A stretch of 64,000 nucleotides of DNA from the human T2T-CHM13v2.0 reference genome, Homo sapiens. The stretch is taken from positions 28,672,001 through 28,736,000 of the forward strand of contig CP068257.2 of NCBI GenBank assembly GCA_009914755.4, in the 5' to 3' direction. The notes under the pieces were generated by a model, which saw only the letters and a list, made by a program, of their open reading frames with translations, made no database searches and was not told the DNA's origin. This document shows positions 13,908 through 27,427 of this stretch, in pieces (within the stretch, counting starts at the first letter, position 1; each line of letters begins with the position of its first letter). Made by a program: the position numbers and the translations under genes.

Positions 13908-13988
13908 AGTGAGGTTGTGAGAGCAGGCTGAAGTTGAGGCAAAGAAGTGAGTGTCTGAAGTTTGTTCTGCCCTTCCTTAGCTTGACCC

Positions 13989-13997
13989 TTTATTTAT
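13989..13997 (-). promoter_or_regulatory. KRTAP26-1: TATA-like box (ATAAATAAA on minus) about 82 nt upstream of the KRTAP26-1 ATG
   Basis: The plus strand reads 'ccctttatttatccc'. A second, stronger TATAATAAA sits at 14063-14072, about 160 nt upstream. Which one is used cannot be decided from sequence. Confidence 0.4.
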
Positions 13998-16265
13998 CCC
14001 TAGAAGGTGGTGCTTCTGCGTGCAGACTCTTCCTCTTGTTGTATGAAGATGCATCAGAACTCTTTATTATAGCCAAGGAAGTGAGGCTTCCACCCTCCAT
14101 AAAACTGGATGCTCCTTGCAATGCCATCCATTGATTACGTCTATCTATAAACCAATGCGACTGAGTTTTAATAGGATCTATCCTTCTTAAATTATCCAAA
14201 CAAAACAGACACATTTTAAAGCCTATGTGCTTATTCCAATTATAACCACCATTGCACAAACATTCTTAAGATTCCTCTCTTAGAATTGTCTTTGAAAGTT
14301 GTAGCAACTTCTTTGAAACAGTGAGAACTTACATCTTTTTGAAGAAAAATTCTATTCTTCTTGGAAATTGCCAGAAGTGAGTAACTTGGAACAAGTATAA
14401 GAGAAAATGAAAATCCTTGCAAACTATATGACAGAAATATGGACAATTTCAATATGTTTTGCTTGGTTAGAATTTATTTTTCTAAGTTGTGATTTGCTTT
14501 ATTTCAGAATTCTATTCAGACTTGACTTTCTACCAAAATATCTTTATTCAAAAATATGTGCTCATTTTAGTCATTTCAATAAATAAATAAGCTGAGTGAA
14601 GCTGAAACCTTGGCTTATGTTTAAGATATTCTTGAATATAGATAATGAAGTTGGGCCAAGTTAAAATTATGTATCCTACTGTGAACAAAAGCAGAGAAGT
14701 AGACCTCTTAAAGAAAGTCAGGCATCTTGACATTTTTCATGATTATTTCAAGGTTATGTATTGCATGGTTTCTCATATTCCAACTGAAAAAATATTGTTC
14801 TTGGTTAAAAAATACACTGATTATGACATGAATTTATTTTGCTTTCTACATTGGCCTTGATGTCAATTTCCAAAAAGGAGCTTCTAAACTGCTTTACATA
14901 GGGAAAAGCATCAGGATAAATTATTGTTTTCCTAAGTTTTAGTACTTTAAAGGTCATTTGAGAATATGTATTTCTGGTAAAATTGTTTTAAAAAATGTAT
15001 GATTTTAGTTAGTTTCAACTATCCCTCTATATTTTTCTCATACTGACATACCCAGTGGCTCCAGTAGCTATTTTAATGGGATTTTAAATTATCTGCTGGC
15101 TCTAAGTTCCAATTCCTTTTGGCTAGTCAATTTAAATCATAACACTTTCTTCTATTTTGGTGTTTGAGGGACATACTTGTGCTTATCCAGTCTCCCTCTG
15201 TCCTGGAGGAGTGAAATCTCTGAAACAGAAAGTTGGTTTCTCAATGAGACAACACTAGACTATTTTACTACTGGGGGAGAAATATAAAAATAAAATGGTA
15301 TAATCCCGGAGGTCCTGTACTAACATGTTGAATTTATCTCAGTATTTTAGGTCAGACGATTTGTACCTGATGTATTTGAGAAAGCCCCACTCACTCCAAC
15401 CCCCAACCCCAGGCCCTCATCACCTAATACTGTTTGTATAACCGGATACTTTGTATACTTCGGACATCACCTAATACTCTGTGTATACAGCTGCTAGAGT
15501 CTTCTTGTAAAATCCTGGTTGCATCAGCTGAATGGCGTTAGTAATAGGTACAGTCATATTTAGCTGAATGCTTATGAAATTGTATGTTGATCCTTTTTAT
15601 GTCTGCTCTTCTCTAATATAAACAAGAGCCCAACATCTGTATCATTAGTACATCAATACGCTTGTGTGTATGTGTGGATAGATGTATATACTACATGTTC
15701 TATGTATACATGGATGGTTTTCCATGAAGAGAAGGGGTGTGGAATAAGAGGAAACTGGCATTCATGGAATGCCTACTCTGAAGAACCTTGTGCTGTGGGT
15801 GCCCACATGTGCCATTCACTTTGTCCTCACAATTCTATACAGTAGATCTTACTATTTCAAGTACTCATACGAGAAAACTTGAGCTTTAGAAAGTTGCAGT
15901 AATAGGTATTACGAAAAACATCTGAAAAAAGGCTCCTTGACTCCCCAAACAGTTTTTCTCTATCCAATATGGCATTACATAGAGATGCATTGATACTATC
16001 ATTTAATAACCAATAACCGTGTGAATTGGGTAATTTGCATAATTGCTCTGCTCCCCAGTCACTATCAGTATAATTTTATGGAAATATTAATAGTATCTAC
16101 TTTTCAGTGACATTTCAGGAATATATTGAGATGTCATTAAAAGTTAAGATAAACTGTAAAACGTTATACAAGAGTAATCTATTTTCTTGCTTTGGCGTTC
16201 TTAACCCATTCTGGAGAGTACGACCTTGGGTTTAATTTCTTTAGAGCACCACCATGAGTTTCTCG

Positions 16266-16298
16266 TGTGTGTGTGGGGGGGGGGGGCGGTGGGGGGGT
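16266..16298. repeat. (GT)n followed by a G-rich homopolymer tract
   Basis: 'gtgtgtgtgtggggggggggggcggtgggggggt'. Confidence 0.85.
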
Positions 16299-16564
16299 AA
16301 AATTGCAAAAATATCAACAGATCTTCAGAAAGTGAAGTACCCTGAATATAAGTTGTCCTTCATGTAATATAGGTTGAACTAAAATTATTTCATAGTGGCT
16401 GTGTCACTAATAGAGAATTGCTTATTTGGGCATAATACCAGGTACCTCATTAGCAGGATCCTATAAACTACATGTTTCAGACTTCTCTTCTGAGTTAAGA
16501 GCCCAGGGATAATCGGAGGAACTGGGCATCCTGTGTGATTTCCCAGATTTACCCATGGCGTTGC

Positions 16565-16591
<27 letters not shown>
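16565..16591. repeat. poly(T) homopolymer of about 27 T
   Basis: Uninterrupted T run. Confidence 0.9.
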
Positions 16592-16595
<4 letters not shown>

Positions 16596-16724
16596 AACCA
16601 TGGATCTTTGTCTCTCCTACTGTAGAAGGAGAATTCTGAGTTTCTCTGTCTTGGAGACAAAAAATCCCCAGAACATTTCAACAATAAAGTTGTGCCAATA
16701 AACAAGGTACTTTTAACTCATCCA

Positions 16725-16870
16725 TTCAGCAAATATTATTGAGCATGTAGTATGTGCAAAACATTATGATAGATGCTGGCAATGGAACCAACATAAAATT
16801 GGTTTCTGCTCTCAGATGTACACTATCTGGTAAGCGTGATAAGACAGGTACATAACCCATGTCAGTGTTT
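16725..16870. mobile_element. Possible MIR-like SINE fragment
   Basis: 'ttcagcaaatattattgagcatgtagtatgtgc' resembles the MIR core 'caataaatatttgttgagcacctactatgtgccagg'. Confidence 0.25.
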
Positions 16871-17469
16871 ACTAAGTTCCGTAAGTAATGTACAGAGAAG
16901 AGCAAACATAGTTCATTCACCTTACCAAAAATTTAACATTTGATATTAATTTTGAAAGATGGAAGGGGCTTTGGAGAAGAGGAAAACACTTTAGGCTATG
17001 GAAGAAGATGTCAAGGTAGAGAAAATGACAACATAGAGCTTCCCAGTGAAGGATTCTAAGAAGCAAACTCATATTCACATGTTGAAATTACTGGGGGAAG
17101 TAGTTAAGATATTGTTCTAAAGGTGTGGTGATCCAGTAATGTGTTTCAAGAAGAGAGTGCTGAGGTTAATTTGCAGCATAGATTGGAAAGTGGGAAAACC
17201 TGTTATGCTTTTCTCCCTTTATCTTCTAAAATTATATATTTCTTTCCATTTTTTTCTTTCTGTTATCATGGCAATGATTTAAGTTGGGCTTTTTTGTTCT
17301 CCTTCAGTGAATTTCCTACTGCCACCTTTGACTTCTGTCCCTATGGTCTTCTATTTTGCCTAAATAATGCATTTGAAATAATACTCATGAAATTAATTTC
17401 ATCATATGATTCTCTTTCTCAAAAAAGTGGATGATTTCTCTTTGTCAACAGAGAATTGTTCTGACACTT

Positions 17470-19585
17470 GTCTGGCCCTTCTCTACTTCCCAGTAAAGAT
17501 TCTCTCCTACTTTTTTGGGTTGCCTGTTAATATTTACTAGTTCTAATAGTTTTTTGGTGGAGTCTTTAGGGTTTCTAATGTATAGAATCGTGTCACATGC
17601 AAACAGAGACAATTTTACTTCGTTATGATTTGGGTGATTTTCTTTTTTTTTTTTTTTCTGACTAATTGCTCTGGCTAGGACTTCTAGTACTATATTGAAT
17701 AGAAGTAGAAAGAGTGGGCATCCTTGTCTTGTTCCTGATCTAGGGAGAAAAGCTTTTAGGTTTTCACCATTGTGTGTTTCACCTGTGAGTCTGTCATATA
17801 TGGACTTTGTTATGTTGAAGTATATTCCTTCTGTGCCTAATTTGTTAAAGTCTTTATCGTGAAAGTTTGTTGAATTCTGTCAAATGCTTTTTCTACATCC
17901 ATAGGGATGATAACTTTTATCCTTCTTTCTGCTAATTTGGTGTATCACATTCATTGATATGCATGTGTTGAATCATCCTAGCCTCCCAGGAATAAAATTC
18001 ACTTAATCATGTTGTATCATCCTTTGAATGTGCCATTGAATCCTGCTTACTAGTATTTTGTTGAGGACTTTTGCATCTATCTTAATCAGGCATATTGGCT
18101 TCCAGTTTATGTTTTCATTTCTGTTTTATCTTTTATTATCCTTGACCAACACTAGTATCAGGGTAATGCTGGTTTTGTAAAATAAATTTGGAAATGTTTA
18201 AAAAACAACAAGCCTTACTTCTACAAATCTTCCTAATTTTATAAAAAATTTTCTATTTGACTTTTTTCTGCTCTATTTTTTTTTCTTCTGCTGACTTTGG
18301 GCTTAGTTTGTTATTCTTTCTCTAACTTCTTGAGAAGTTAAGTTGTTTGAAATCTTTCTTTTTTCAGGTAGGTATTTTTTGCTGTAAACATCTTAAAATG
18401 GTTTTCGATGCATTCCAAAGTTTTGGAATGTTGTGCTTCCATTTTCATTGTCTCAATATTTTTTAATTTCTCTTTTGATTTTTTCTTTGATTTATTGGTT
18501 GTTCAGTAGTGTGTTGTTTAATTTTCACATATTTGTGAATTTTTCAATTTTCCTCTTGTTACTGATTTCTAGTTTGGTGGTTTAATATCATTATGGTTGG
18601 ATGTTTAATATGATTTTAATTTCCCTAAGACTTTTTTGGGGGCTAACCCATAATCTATCCTGGATAATATTTAGTGTGTGCTAGAAAAGAATGTGTATTC
18701 TTCTCCTGTTGGATGAAATGTTTTGTATAAATCTGTTAGGTAAGTCTGCTGTTTCCTTTTTGATCTTCTGTCTGGGTGATGTATCCACTGTTGAAACCGG
18801 GGTATCAAAGTCTCCTGTGATTATCATACTACTGTCAATTTCTCCCCTCAGTTCTGTTAATATTTGTTTTTATATTTAGGTATTCCAATGTTGGGTGCAT
18901 ATGTATTTGTGATTGTTATATCCTCTTTATGAATGGACTCCTTTTTCATGATATAATGACCTTCTTTGTCCTTATGATAGTTTTTGGTGTAAAGACTATT
19001 TTGCACAGTAGAAGATCTAGCCACCACTGCTCTCATTTGGTTACCATTTTCATGGAATAACTTTCACTTTCAGCCTATGTGAGTTCTAAACTCTCAATTG
19101 AGTCTCTTGTAGACAGCATTTTAGTTGGATCTTTTAAAAAAATATATTCAGCCACCCTGTATTTTTTAAGTGGATATTTAAATCCATTTACATTTAAAGT
19201 AATTCTTGATTACTTTACTGCTGCCAAGAACTTACTACTGCCATTTTAATTGTTTTCTGTCTGTTTTGTGATTCCTTGTTCTTTTTGATTTGACGATTTT
19301 TTCTTAGTGGTATGCTTTGATTCTTTTAATTTTAATGTGTTTACAACAGCTTATTCTTGGTGATCACCATAAGGCTTACATAAAACATCTTCTAACTGTT
19401 TATTTTAAGCTGACAATAATTTCACTTTGATCACATACAGAAGTTCTACACTTCTTCCCCACACACACATATTTTGTTATTGATGTCATAATTACATCTT
19501 TTTATATTATGTATCTATTAACAAATTATTTTAGCTGTATTAGGGTTCTTCAGAGGATCAAAACTAATAGAATATATATAAATAT
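17470..19585 (-). mobile_element. Ancient LINE-1 fragment (ORF2 5' half, antisense), part 1
   Basis: 17560-18180 matches the L1 antisense sequence 'ctggctaggacttctagtactatattgaatagaagtagaaagagtgggcatccttgtcttgttcctgat...gtcaaatgctttttctacatc...'. 18870-19140 matches 'atttaggtattccaatgttgggtgcatatgtatttg...ccatttacatttaaagtaat'. Confidence 0.55.
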
Positions 19586-20055
19586 ATGAGGATATTTATT
19601 ATGAAAATTGACTCACATGATTATGAAAGCCGAAAAGCTCCATCCATGCCATCTGCAAGATGGAGAACCAGAAAAGTCACTGGTGTAATTTAATATGAGT
19701 CCAAGGGCCTGAGAACCATGGAGGGTTGGGGAAGGGAGTGTTGGTGTAAATCCTGGAGTCCAAAGGCCCAAAAACCAAGAGCTCCAGTATTGAAGAGCAG
19801 GAGAAGATGGCTCTCCCAGCTCCAGAAGAGAGAGGAAATTTACCTTTCCTGCACCATTTTCTTCCCTCCTGGGCTCCATTGGATTGGATGAGGTCTGACA
19901 GATTGATAAGGGCAGATCTTCCTTATTTAGTCTACTAATTCAAATGCTAATCTCTTTTAGAAACACCTTCACAGACACATCTAGAAATATGCTTTGCCCA
20001 CTATTTTGGTAAATCCTTAACCAGCCAAATTGACACCTGTAATTAACTATCACAG
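19586..20055 (+). mobile_element. MaLR-type LTR (MLT1-like) inserted in the ancient L1
   Basis: 'tgaggatatttattatgaaaattgactcacatgattatg...cctgagaaccatggagg...caaatgctaatctcttttagaaacaccttcacagacacatctagaaata...attaactatcacag'. I recall this as an MLT1-family consensus. The name is uncertain, the repeat identity is clear. Confidence 0.45.
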
Positions 20056-20540
20056 TAGTTATAGTTGTTTTTAATACTTTTGTCTTTTAACTTTTACACT
20101 AAAGTTAAAAGTGATTTATATACCACTATTACAATATTAAAGTATTCTGAATTTGAGTAGATACTTACCTTTAACAGTGAGTTTTATACTTTCTCAAGTT
20201 TTCATGTTTCTTATTAGTGCCTTTTCATTTCAAGTTGAAGACCTCCCTTTAGCATACCTTATAAGGCAGATCTAGTGTTGAGGAAATTCTTAGGCTTTTG
20301 TATATCTCAGAAAGTCTTTATTTCTTTTTCATTTCTGAGAGCCAGCTTCACTGGGGATATTATTCTTAGTTGGCAAGTGTTTGTTTGTCTGTTTCAGCAC
20401 TTTGAATACATCATTCCACTCTACTGGCCTGAAAGGGTTTTGCTGAGAAATTTCCTGATAGTCTCTTGAAACTTCCCTAGTTTGTGACAAGTCATTTTTC
20501 TTCATAATGGGGGAGTACATACTCATGATTAACAAACATG
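20056..20540 (-). mobile_element. Ancient LINE-1 fragment, part 2 (ORF1/ORF2 junction region, antisense)
   Basis: '...ctcagaaagtctttatttctttttcatttctgagagccagcttcactgggg...ctttgaatacatcattccactctactggcct' resembles the L1 antisense 'gtaaaggattttatttctccttcacttatgaagc...'. Confidence 0.45.
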
Positions 20541-21133
20541 TCTCTCAAGTCTCATGTAGCCAAAAGGTACAAACTTTGTGTCTGCAGCAGGAAAACAACA
20601 TGGCTGCAACTGCTGGTCCAGTTACTCCATGGCTTAATTAAACTGTGTCAATAATGATTATATTACTGCTTAATATAGAACATTCGGTGGACTAAAAAAT
20701 TACATGTTTGTTTGTTTGAGCCCCTAGCAGATGTCTTGCTGCCAAAAACTATAAGTAAAAGCATCTTGTTTTCTGGTGCTAAGCTGCTATCTGTCTCTCC
20801 ACACCTGCTAATCTGTTCCTCCTTCTCTATCCTGACATAAGTCACTTTAAGGAGAAAGACAATTCAGGGTAGGAACAATGTCTATATCTTTCCCCAAGAG
20901 AGACTGAAGCTGTATACACTCATTCAGATACATTGAGGAACTTCAAGAAAAAGAGGAACTCAAACTTTTGTCGCTCTCTTGGATACAGGTGTCCAAGTTA
21001 CCATTTTACTCAGTCCAGTGGAGGTGAAAGGGAAATACTTGAATACAGCTAATGAGGCTTTGGAAGAGATTACAGATGGAAAGGAAAAATAATGTGACTT
21101 TCTAGGTGGAGCCCTTTGTGTCAGTTTAATGTA

Positions 21134-21475
21134 CAATTGACCCTTGGCATCTTTGGGGGACTGGTTCCAGAATCCCTGCAGATACCAAAATTTATGGATA
21201 CTCAAGTACTTGTTATAAAATGATATAGTATTTGCATTTAATTCACACACATGCTGTCATCTACTTTAAATCATTTCTAGATTACTAATAATAGCTGATA
21301 CAATGCAAGTGCTATGTAAATAGTTATTATGTGTTTTCTAGGGACGAATTATAAGGAAAAATGTCTGTATATGTTCAACACATATGCAATCATCTTTGTT
21401 TCCCTTAATGTTTTCAGTCTGTGATTAGTTGAATCCACAGATGGTGAACCCACAGATACAGAGGGCAAACTATAC
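21134..21475. mobile_element. Tigger/MER-type nonautonomous DNA transposon (TcMar) copy
   Basis: Starts 'caattgacccttgg...' and ends '...gattagttgaatccacagatggtgaacccacagatacagagggcaaactatac', resembling the 'cagttgacccttgaacaacacggg...gaatccgcggatgcggaacccgcggatacggagggccgactgta' family. The subfamily name is not certain. Confidence 0.4.
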
Positions 21476-22766
21476 TTTTGCTGTTGTGTTATATGACTAT
21501 GTTACCCCGTTCCATAAATTACAAAAGGGATTCCACTGATTGTGAAGATCTGTATTCATAGAAGTGCTAGTACTTTTGGGGTCTCTGTGAGTTACAAGTC
21601 ACTGTGACTGATGATTTTGTTATTGGAGCACTTAGCATAGGTAGACGCCTCCATTCACTGAATGCCACTTGGAGTCTTGTTAATAGTATTCTAACCTGAA
21701 TGATATATGAGATATATTAAATAGATTTGGTTGCAGCCTCTATTGGTCAGACTAATCGGAGTGGTCAGTGGAATGTCATTCTCATGGGAAAATTCACCAG
21801 GAGCAGTGCAGTGTAGAGATAAGAGTTGGGTATTGTTTCAGGGAAAATAATCCCCATGGGTCTCTTGCATTTCTGCATGTCTTCAGTGCAGTCACTGGCT
21901 CCCTTTGTTCTAAATTAACTTTTCAAGCATGTTTTTAGAGAAACAGTCTTGGAAAATAGATACAGTGTTTCTCTCAGGGTCAAATGTCAAACATGCTTAC
22001 TCTTCATGATGTCTATGATCCAGGGTTCCTAAACTCAACATTCCTCTCCTGTGAAACAACCTGCTGCATATGCAGGTGTCAGCTGGCCCTATGGGAATTG
22101 GAGCTCAGGGATCTGGTGTCAATGCTAACACTCTGGCTTCGGCTATTGCCATAAATGATAAAGGCCTTTGTCTCTAACCTAGGCTTCTTATGTCTTCTGC
22201 CTGCATTCCCGAAACTATGACGGGTTAACTTGTTAGCATACAAATAGGATAAAATTTCTGACTTTTCACAGTTCTCAATGCCCCTTCCACAGGTTTCGGT
22301 TTTCTAGTTGAAATTGTGGCACTGCAACGTCATCATAATCACCAACTCTATTGCTTTGACAATCTTTTAATAAGACACAGACATTTTAGTCAAAGTATAA
22401 TATAGTCATAATAATATTGAAATAATTATGGGCAATTTATGCAGTAATAACTAGTAGAGATTAATCGAAGCTATTAGAAGATAAAGAAAGCAACTTGATA
22501 CCATATTGAAAATACATCTTAAAGGCTTATAAGGCATTAAAAGAAAAAGCTGACAAAGAAAAGGGACACATGTGAACCACAGTTTAGTTAATAAACAGTC
22601 TGCTCATGGAATAGGAGAGCAATAAATAGGTCTGTCACATATTTTTTACAGCAATCCAGCCATATAACATAGCCCTCCATGAGACTGCCCATTTTCCCCA
22701 ACTATGCTAGATAGAAATGTTTGGATAGTTTACTTGGGAATTGACAATTATGAGGGAGTACTCAAA

Positions 22767-22975
22767 ATACCCCCGTGAGCTATATAAGCAACAGCTTTTG
22801 CCCCTGACTTCCATATTGTATATAATATATATAGGTATACAATATGTATACAATATGTATAGATATGGCAATATGTATACAATATGATGCATTTGTATAC
22901 AATAAGCATAAGTATACAATATGTATACATACACAGTATGCAAGTCAGGGGCAAAAGCTGTTTATTATATAGCTC
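22767..22975. repeat. Inverted repeat of about 34 bp flanking a (TATACAATATG)n-like tandem array
   Basis: Left arm 'gagctatataagcaacagcttttgcccctgacttcc' (22767-22802). Right arm 'caagtcaggggcaaaagctgtttattatatagctc' (22941-22975). The arms are about 32/34 complementary. The interior is made of tandem 'gtatacaatat' units. Confidence 0.8.
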
Positions 22976-23039
22976 ATCATTTGTTAACAAGTGAAGGTGC
23001 TGCACGACGGGGCAGCAGCTGCTAAATCCCAATCATGAA

Positions 23040-23470
23040 TGAGATGCAAGAGCCAGCCCAGGGGTTAATAGCTCTAAGACCAGTGAATCCTGGGACAGCC
23101 ACTGCTGTCCATGTAGTCCAAAACATTGATCACAGATTGCTTGGTGGAAGGAAGTAAAGACTTAGGACGAAAAAGATTGTATGGCAGGTTCTGGACACAT
23201 CACAAGCAGAGGAGTACAGGGAGTGGTTTCACAAGATCTGGGTCCGCGGCATGCTGTTGGCAGCTGGGGATCCCCTCAGGTTTCTTGGCAGTAGTTCAGG
23301 AGCTGGATTCTGCCATAGCTGTTCCTGGCTTAGCAGAGGACATCTCTGAGGGTCACATGAAAAAAGGGGCTATTAGAGGGGATGACAGCCCCATGGCAAT
23401 AACCCCTGAGGGAATGACAGCTGTGGTTTTCACCTGAGCAATTATTGAAAGACAAGATGACCTTAGTTTA
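23040..23470 (-). pseudogene. KRTAP27-like pseudogene relic (N-terminal half, in-frame stop)
   Basis: The plus strand 23250-23330 ('gttggcagctggggatcccctcaggtttcttggcagtagttcaggagctggattctgccatagctgttcctggc') aligns with the KRTAP27-1 antisense 31360-31440. Minus-strand translation gives ...SYGRIQLLNYCQET*, against KRTAP27-1 ...SFHSRTCFLDNFQETCNETTSCQ. Confidence 0.5.
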
Positions 23471-26400
23471 GATTATAGGTAAAGTACTCGCACTTACTTA
23501 ATGCTATTTCTCCTTCTTTGCTGTGGCTTCTAGAATTTTTTAGTAATGACTACTAGCATTCAGTGTAGGTTTTATTCTGACTCACTATTTCAAATGTGGT
23601 TATGAACATAGCTCAATTATTCAGATGTCAGGAAAATGGCTACTTATTACTATGAAAAAAGTACTCAGTGAATCTCTAAAGCAAGAGAACTGTGGTCTTG
23701 TTTACTTTTTAACAAACCATGCATCTAGAAAAACAATATTTCAAGTTTTATTAAAATATATTTAAAATTCTGTGGCTAGATGAATATTTATTACACCTGG
23801 AATATTAATTTAAAATAGGTTACATTTATGACCTAATAAAGACTTGTATATGTGTTAAGTGTGGCCTTTAAGGTACATAAAGGGCTCACTAAAATTATTG
23901 TGCTTCATATGTTTAAATATTCTTAATAAACTTCTCATGAGAGATACTTCAATGTACAATCAGTAGGACACTAGGTTGAGCATCACAAGGCTTGAGTTCT
24001 AGCCCTGATCGGCTGGTAATGAGCCACGTGAAATTGAATAACTCATTTAACCTCAGCAGATGTATTTGCTCAACTGCAGAATAAGTAAGGTTCACTAAAG
24101 ATCTCTTACACATTTAGACATGATTGTGATTCTATGAAAACATAACTGTGATAGAAATGAGGCAGCTTCAGAAGAAACCATGCAAAAATGGTCACTGGTC
24201 TTTGCCATAAATACAAAGGCCACAGCATTTCACTCAGATATCTGATGGAAGCTTGGGAAACATTTAACTCTGATTAGGCATCTTTCAGAGCAAAACACAG
24301 CTTGGGCTGATATTTGTCCTCTAAGGAAAACTCAAAGGCTCAAAGTGTAGAATATTGTTTTTTTTAATTGCCTAACATTTCATTTGTAGCCTTAGGGCCA
24401 TGGAGCACTGACCTTGCATTAGAAGCCCCTCCAGGACCTTCTCAAGATCAATGGTTTGATCTCCACCATCATTCACTGCTGGAAATTAAACCAGACTCCT
24501 GAGGACCAAGCCACCATCAGCTGTAGCCTCAGGGAGATGGGAATGTGGGAGCAGGCCCACTTTAAGCAAGCTGCTGAATAAATATAGACTTGAAAAATGG
24601 AAGAAACACATGAAGCCTGTTTCTGTTTTCTAAGAAAGATGTGTTTCTTTCAGTGGTAATGTATATTCTAACTTTAATCTGGTAAGTACACCTGTAATCA
24701 CTACAAACCTTGTGAATATCAACAGCTAAAATTTAAAATTTATTTATTGTACTTGCTCCTGCAGTTTAATTTAATAAAATATGAGGTCTAGAGGAAGGTA
24801 CTTTGTTCCTAAGAATCTCAACATGCATTATTAGATTGGTTTCCTAACATATAGAGTGTGAAAGTGAATTCGCTCATGCCAAGTGGGAGATAAGAACAAT
24901 GGCTAATAACTCTACTCTAAATTTTGACACAGTTTATTGTGAAAGAGGGCTTTTTAATCCAGGTGTTTCACTCTGCACAGTCAATTTAAATAAGGAGCAT
25001 GCAACTGTCCATAAAGTAATAGTGACAAGGCACTGCAATAATAAGGGTGATGCTATTCTTAGCTTTCTCTTTGATTTTTAGCCTTCTTTTCTCATTATCT
25101 TTGTCAATTAGTAGTTACTAAACTCCTTCAGGGCCAACGACCCAGTACCATTGAGTAATGGAAGAATAGAAATTGGCTTAACTATTTTCTGAAATTTACC
25201 CTCAACATTTCTATGTTCTTAAGTTTGGATACAACTACATTAGTTTTGCCTCTGAGATCCAAGGGACAACTCTCTTTGAATGCCATCAGTGACTTTGTTT
25301 CCGTAAAGCTAGAGGAAGTTATACAAAAAGTCAGGCAAATAACTTATTCTTATGCAACTACAAAAAGATTTGTATTTTATTTTAAAATTGAGCTTTAGAT
25401 GTTTAGTGTATTTGTACCTATCTACCTATGATGCATTTTATACTTCATCAAGGCCGTATCTCTGATATAACCAGAATATGATTTATTAATTATATTAGCT
25501 GTTTCCTTCTTAAATATTTTTCAATCAACTATTATTTGAGTCCAAGTGGAAGATTTTAGAACAACTCTCTAGGTAAAAGAATTTCAAATGAGGAAGTAAG
25601 TAAGACTCCTGGAAATAAAACAGAAAGCACAACTAGGGAAGGATATTGTGGCTTCAATAGAGATATGAGTGATTCTCATCTAACATGGAGCAAAGTCCTG
25701 TCCAATCCTATTAGTGTCTACAATGAGCTCAAAATTTTCAAGAGAAATAGTATTTAATTTAAAAAGAATAAGGACTAAAGGATATGGAAAATGAAAGTAC
25801 TACCATTAAGACGATAATTGTTGTATTGTAGGTGAATCTGACTCCATGCCATCTAAATCCTTTTCCTAGCATCTAGATTCTATTGATGACACATGACTTG
25901 AAGTTAGTATTTGTTTTTTTCTAAGATATTTCAATTGCATAATATTTTACAAACTCTAATGAAAATATGTTCATTTCCTTTATTGCATTTATTTTTGAGT
26001 TACAAATGAGCCATCCAGTCAACAATACTCAGTTCTCTGGGTGTTTCTTCTGCAGTCTCACAGCAATACAATATAACCAGACCAATCATTTTTAGTCAAA
26101 TTATTTGTATCGGTCCTCCACATTGCACAGATATTTCTTCCACATTTGAAGCTACTCTAATGACTAGAAGTATAATATAAGTAAAGCACAATTAAAGTAT
26201 TACAGTGTTATACTCAAACTTTAAAGATTCATGGGTTAAAACCCTCGTTCCACCATTTACTTCCTGTACTGGAAAAGTTACTTAAATTACAGAGTAGGGA
26301 GTAAGTAAGACTCTTGAAAGTAGAAAGACAGAGTAGAACTAGGGAAGGATATCGTGGCTTAAAGAAAGATATGAGTAATTCTCTTCTAACACAAAGCAAA

Positions 26401-27064
26401 GTCTTGTCCTCCACAGGACAAATTTGTGCCTTTGTCCTCACTGGAAAAAGGGGGATTTACTAATGTTACTTATACCACTGGGTTATTTGAGTTTAAAATG
26501 ATAAAATATGTACAAAGTGTTAGGTAAATAATAAGCACCCAATTAATAAGAGCTATTTTATGGCTCTTGACCCAGCACTGTACAGGCAAGAAGACATTCT
26601 TGATAGTCATTATGCTTTACTTCTAAGAGAAAAACATGTGGTTAAACTACCAATGTCTTGAGGTGTTCAGGATACCAATGTACAAATCCTACCATTCTTT
26701 TTAGGCAGGAAGAAGTCCCTTGGTCTATGAAGAATGCTCTGTAGCATGCATATACCCACCGGTATGTTTTGACATTGCTTAAAAATGAGTCCTGCATAGA
26801 ATATCCTGGTTATGTCCCATACTGCTTACATTCTTTTCACATGGAATGAAATAATTTTCTTGGTCTCTGCCCTGGATTCAAATGCATTATAGACAATCAT
26901 AAAAACAAACTGAAATTGAGGCCCAAGAGAAAAATATCAGACGAAGTATCAAATGATACCTAGCATATATTGTGCTCTTATTATGTGCCAAACAGTCCAC
27001 TAAGCATTTAATTGGAATCATGCCATTTAGTTGTCATAATCATCCAATGACTTTAATATTATTA

Positions 27065-27427
<363 letters not shown>

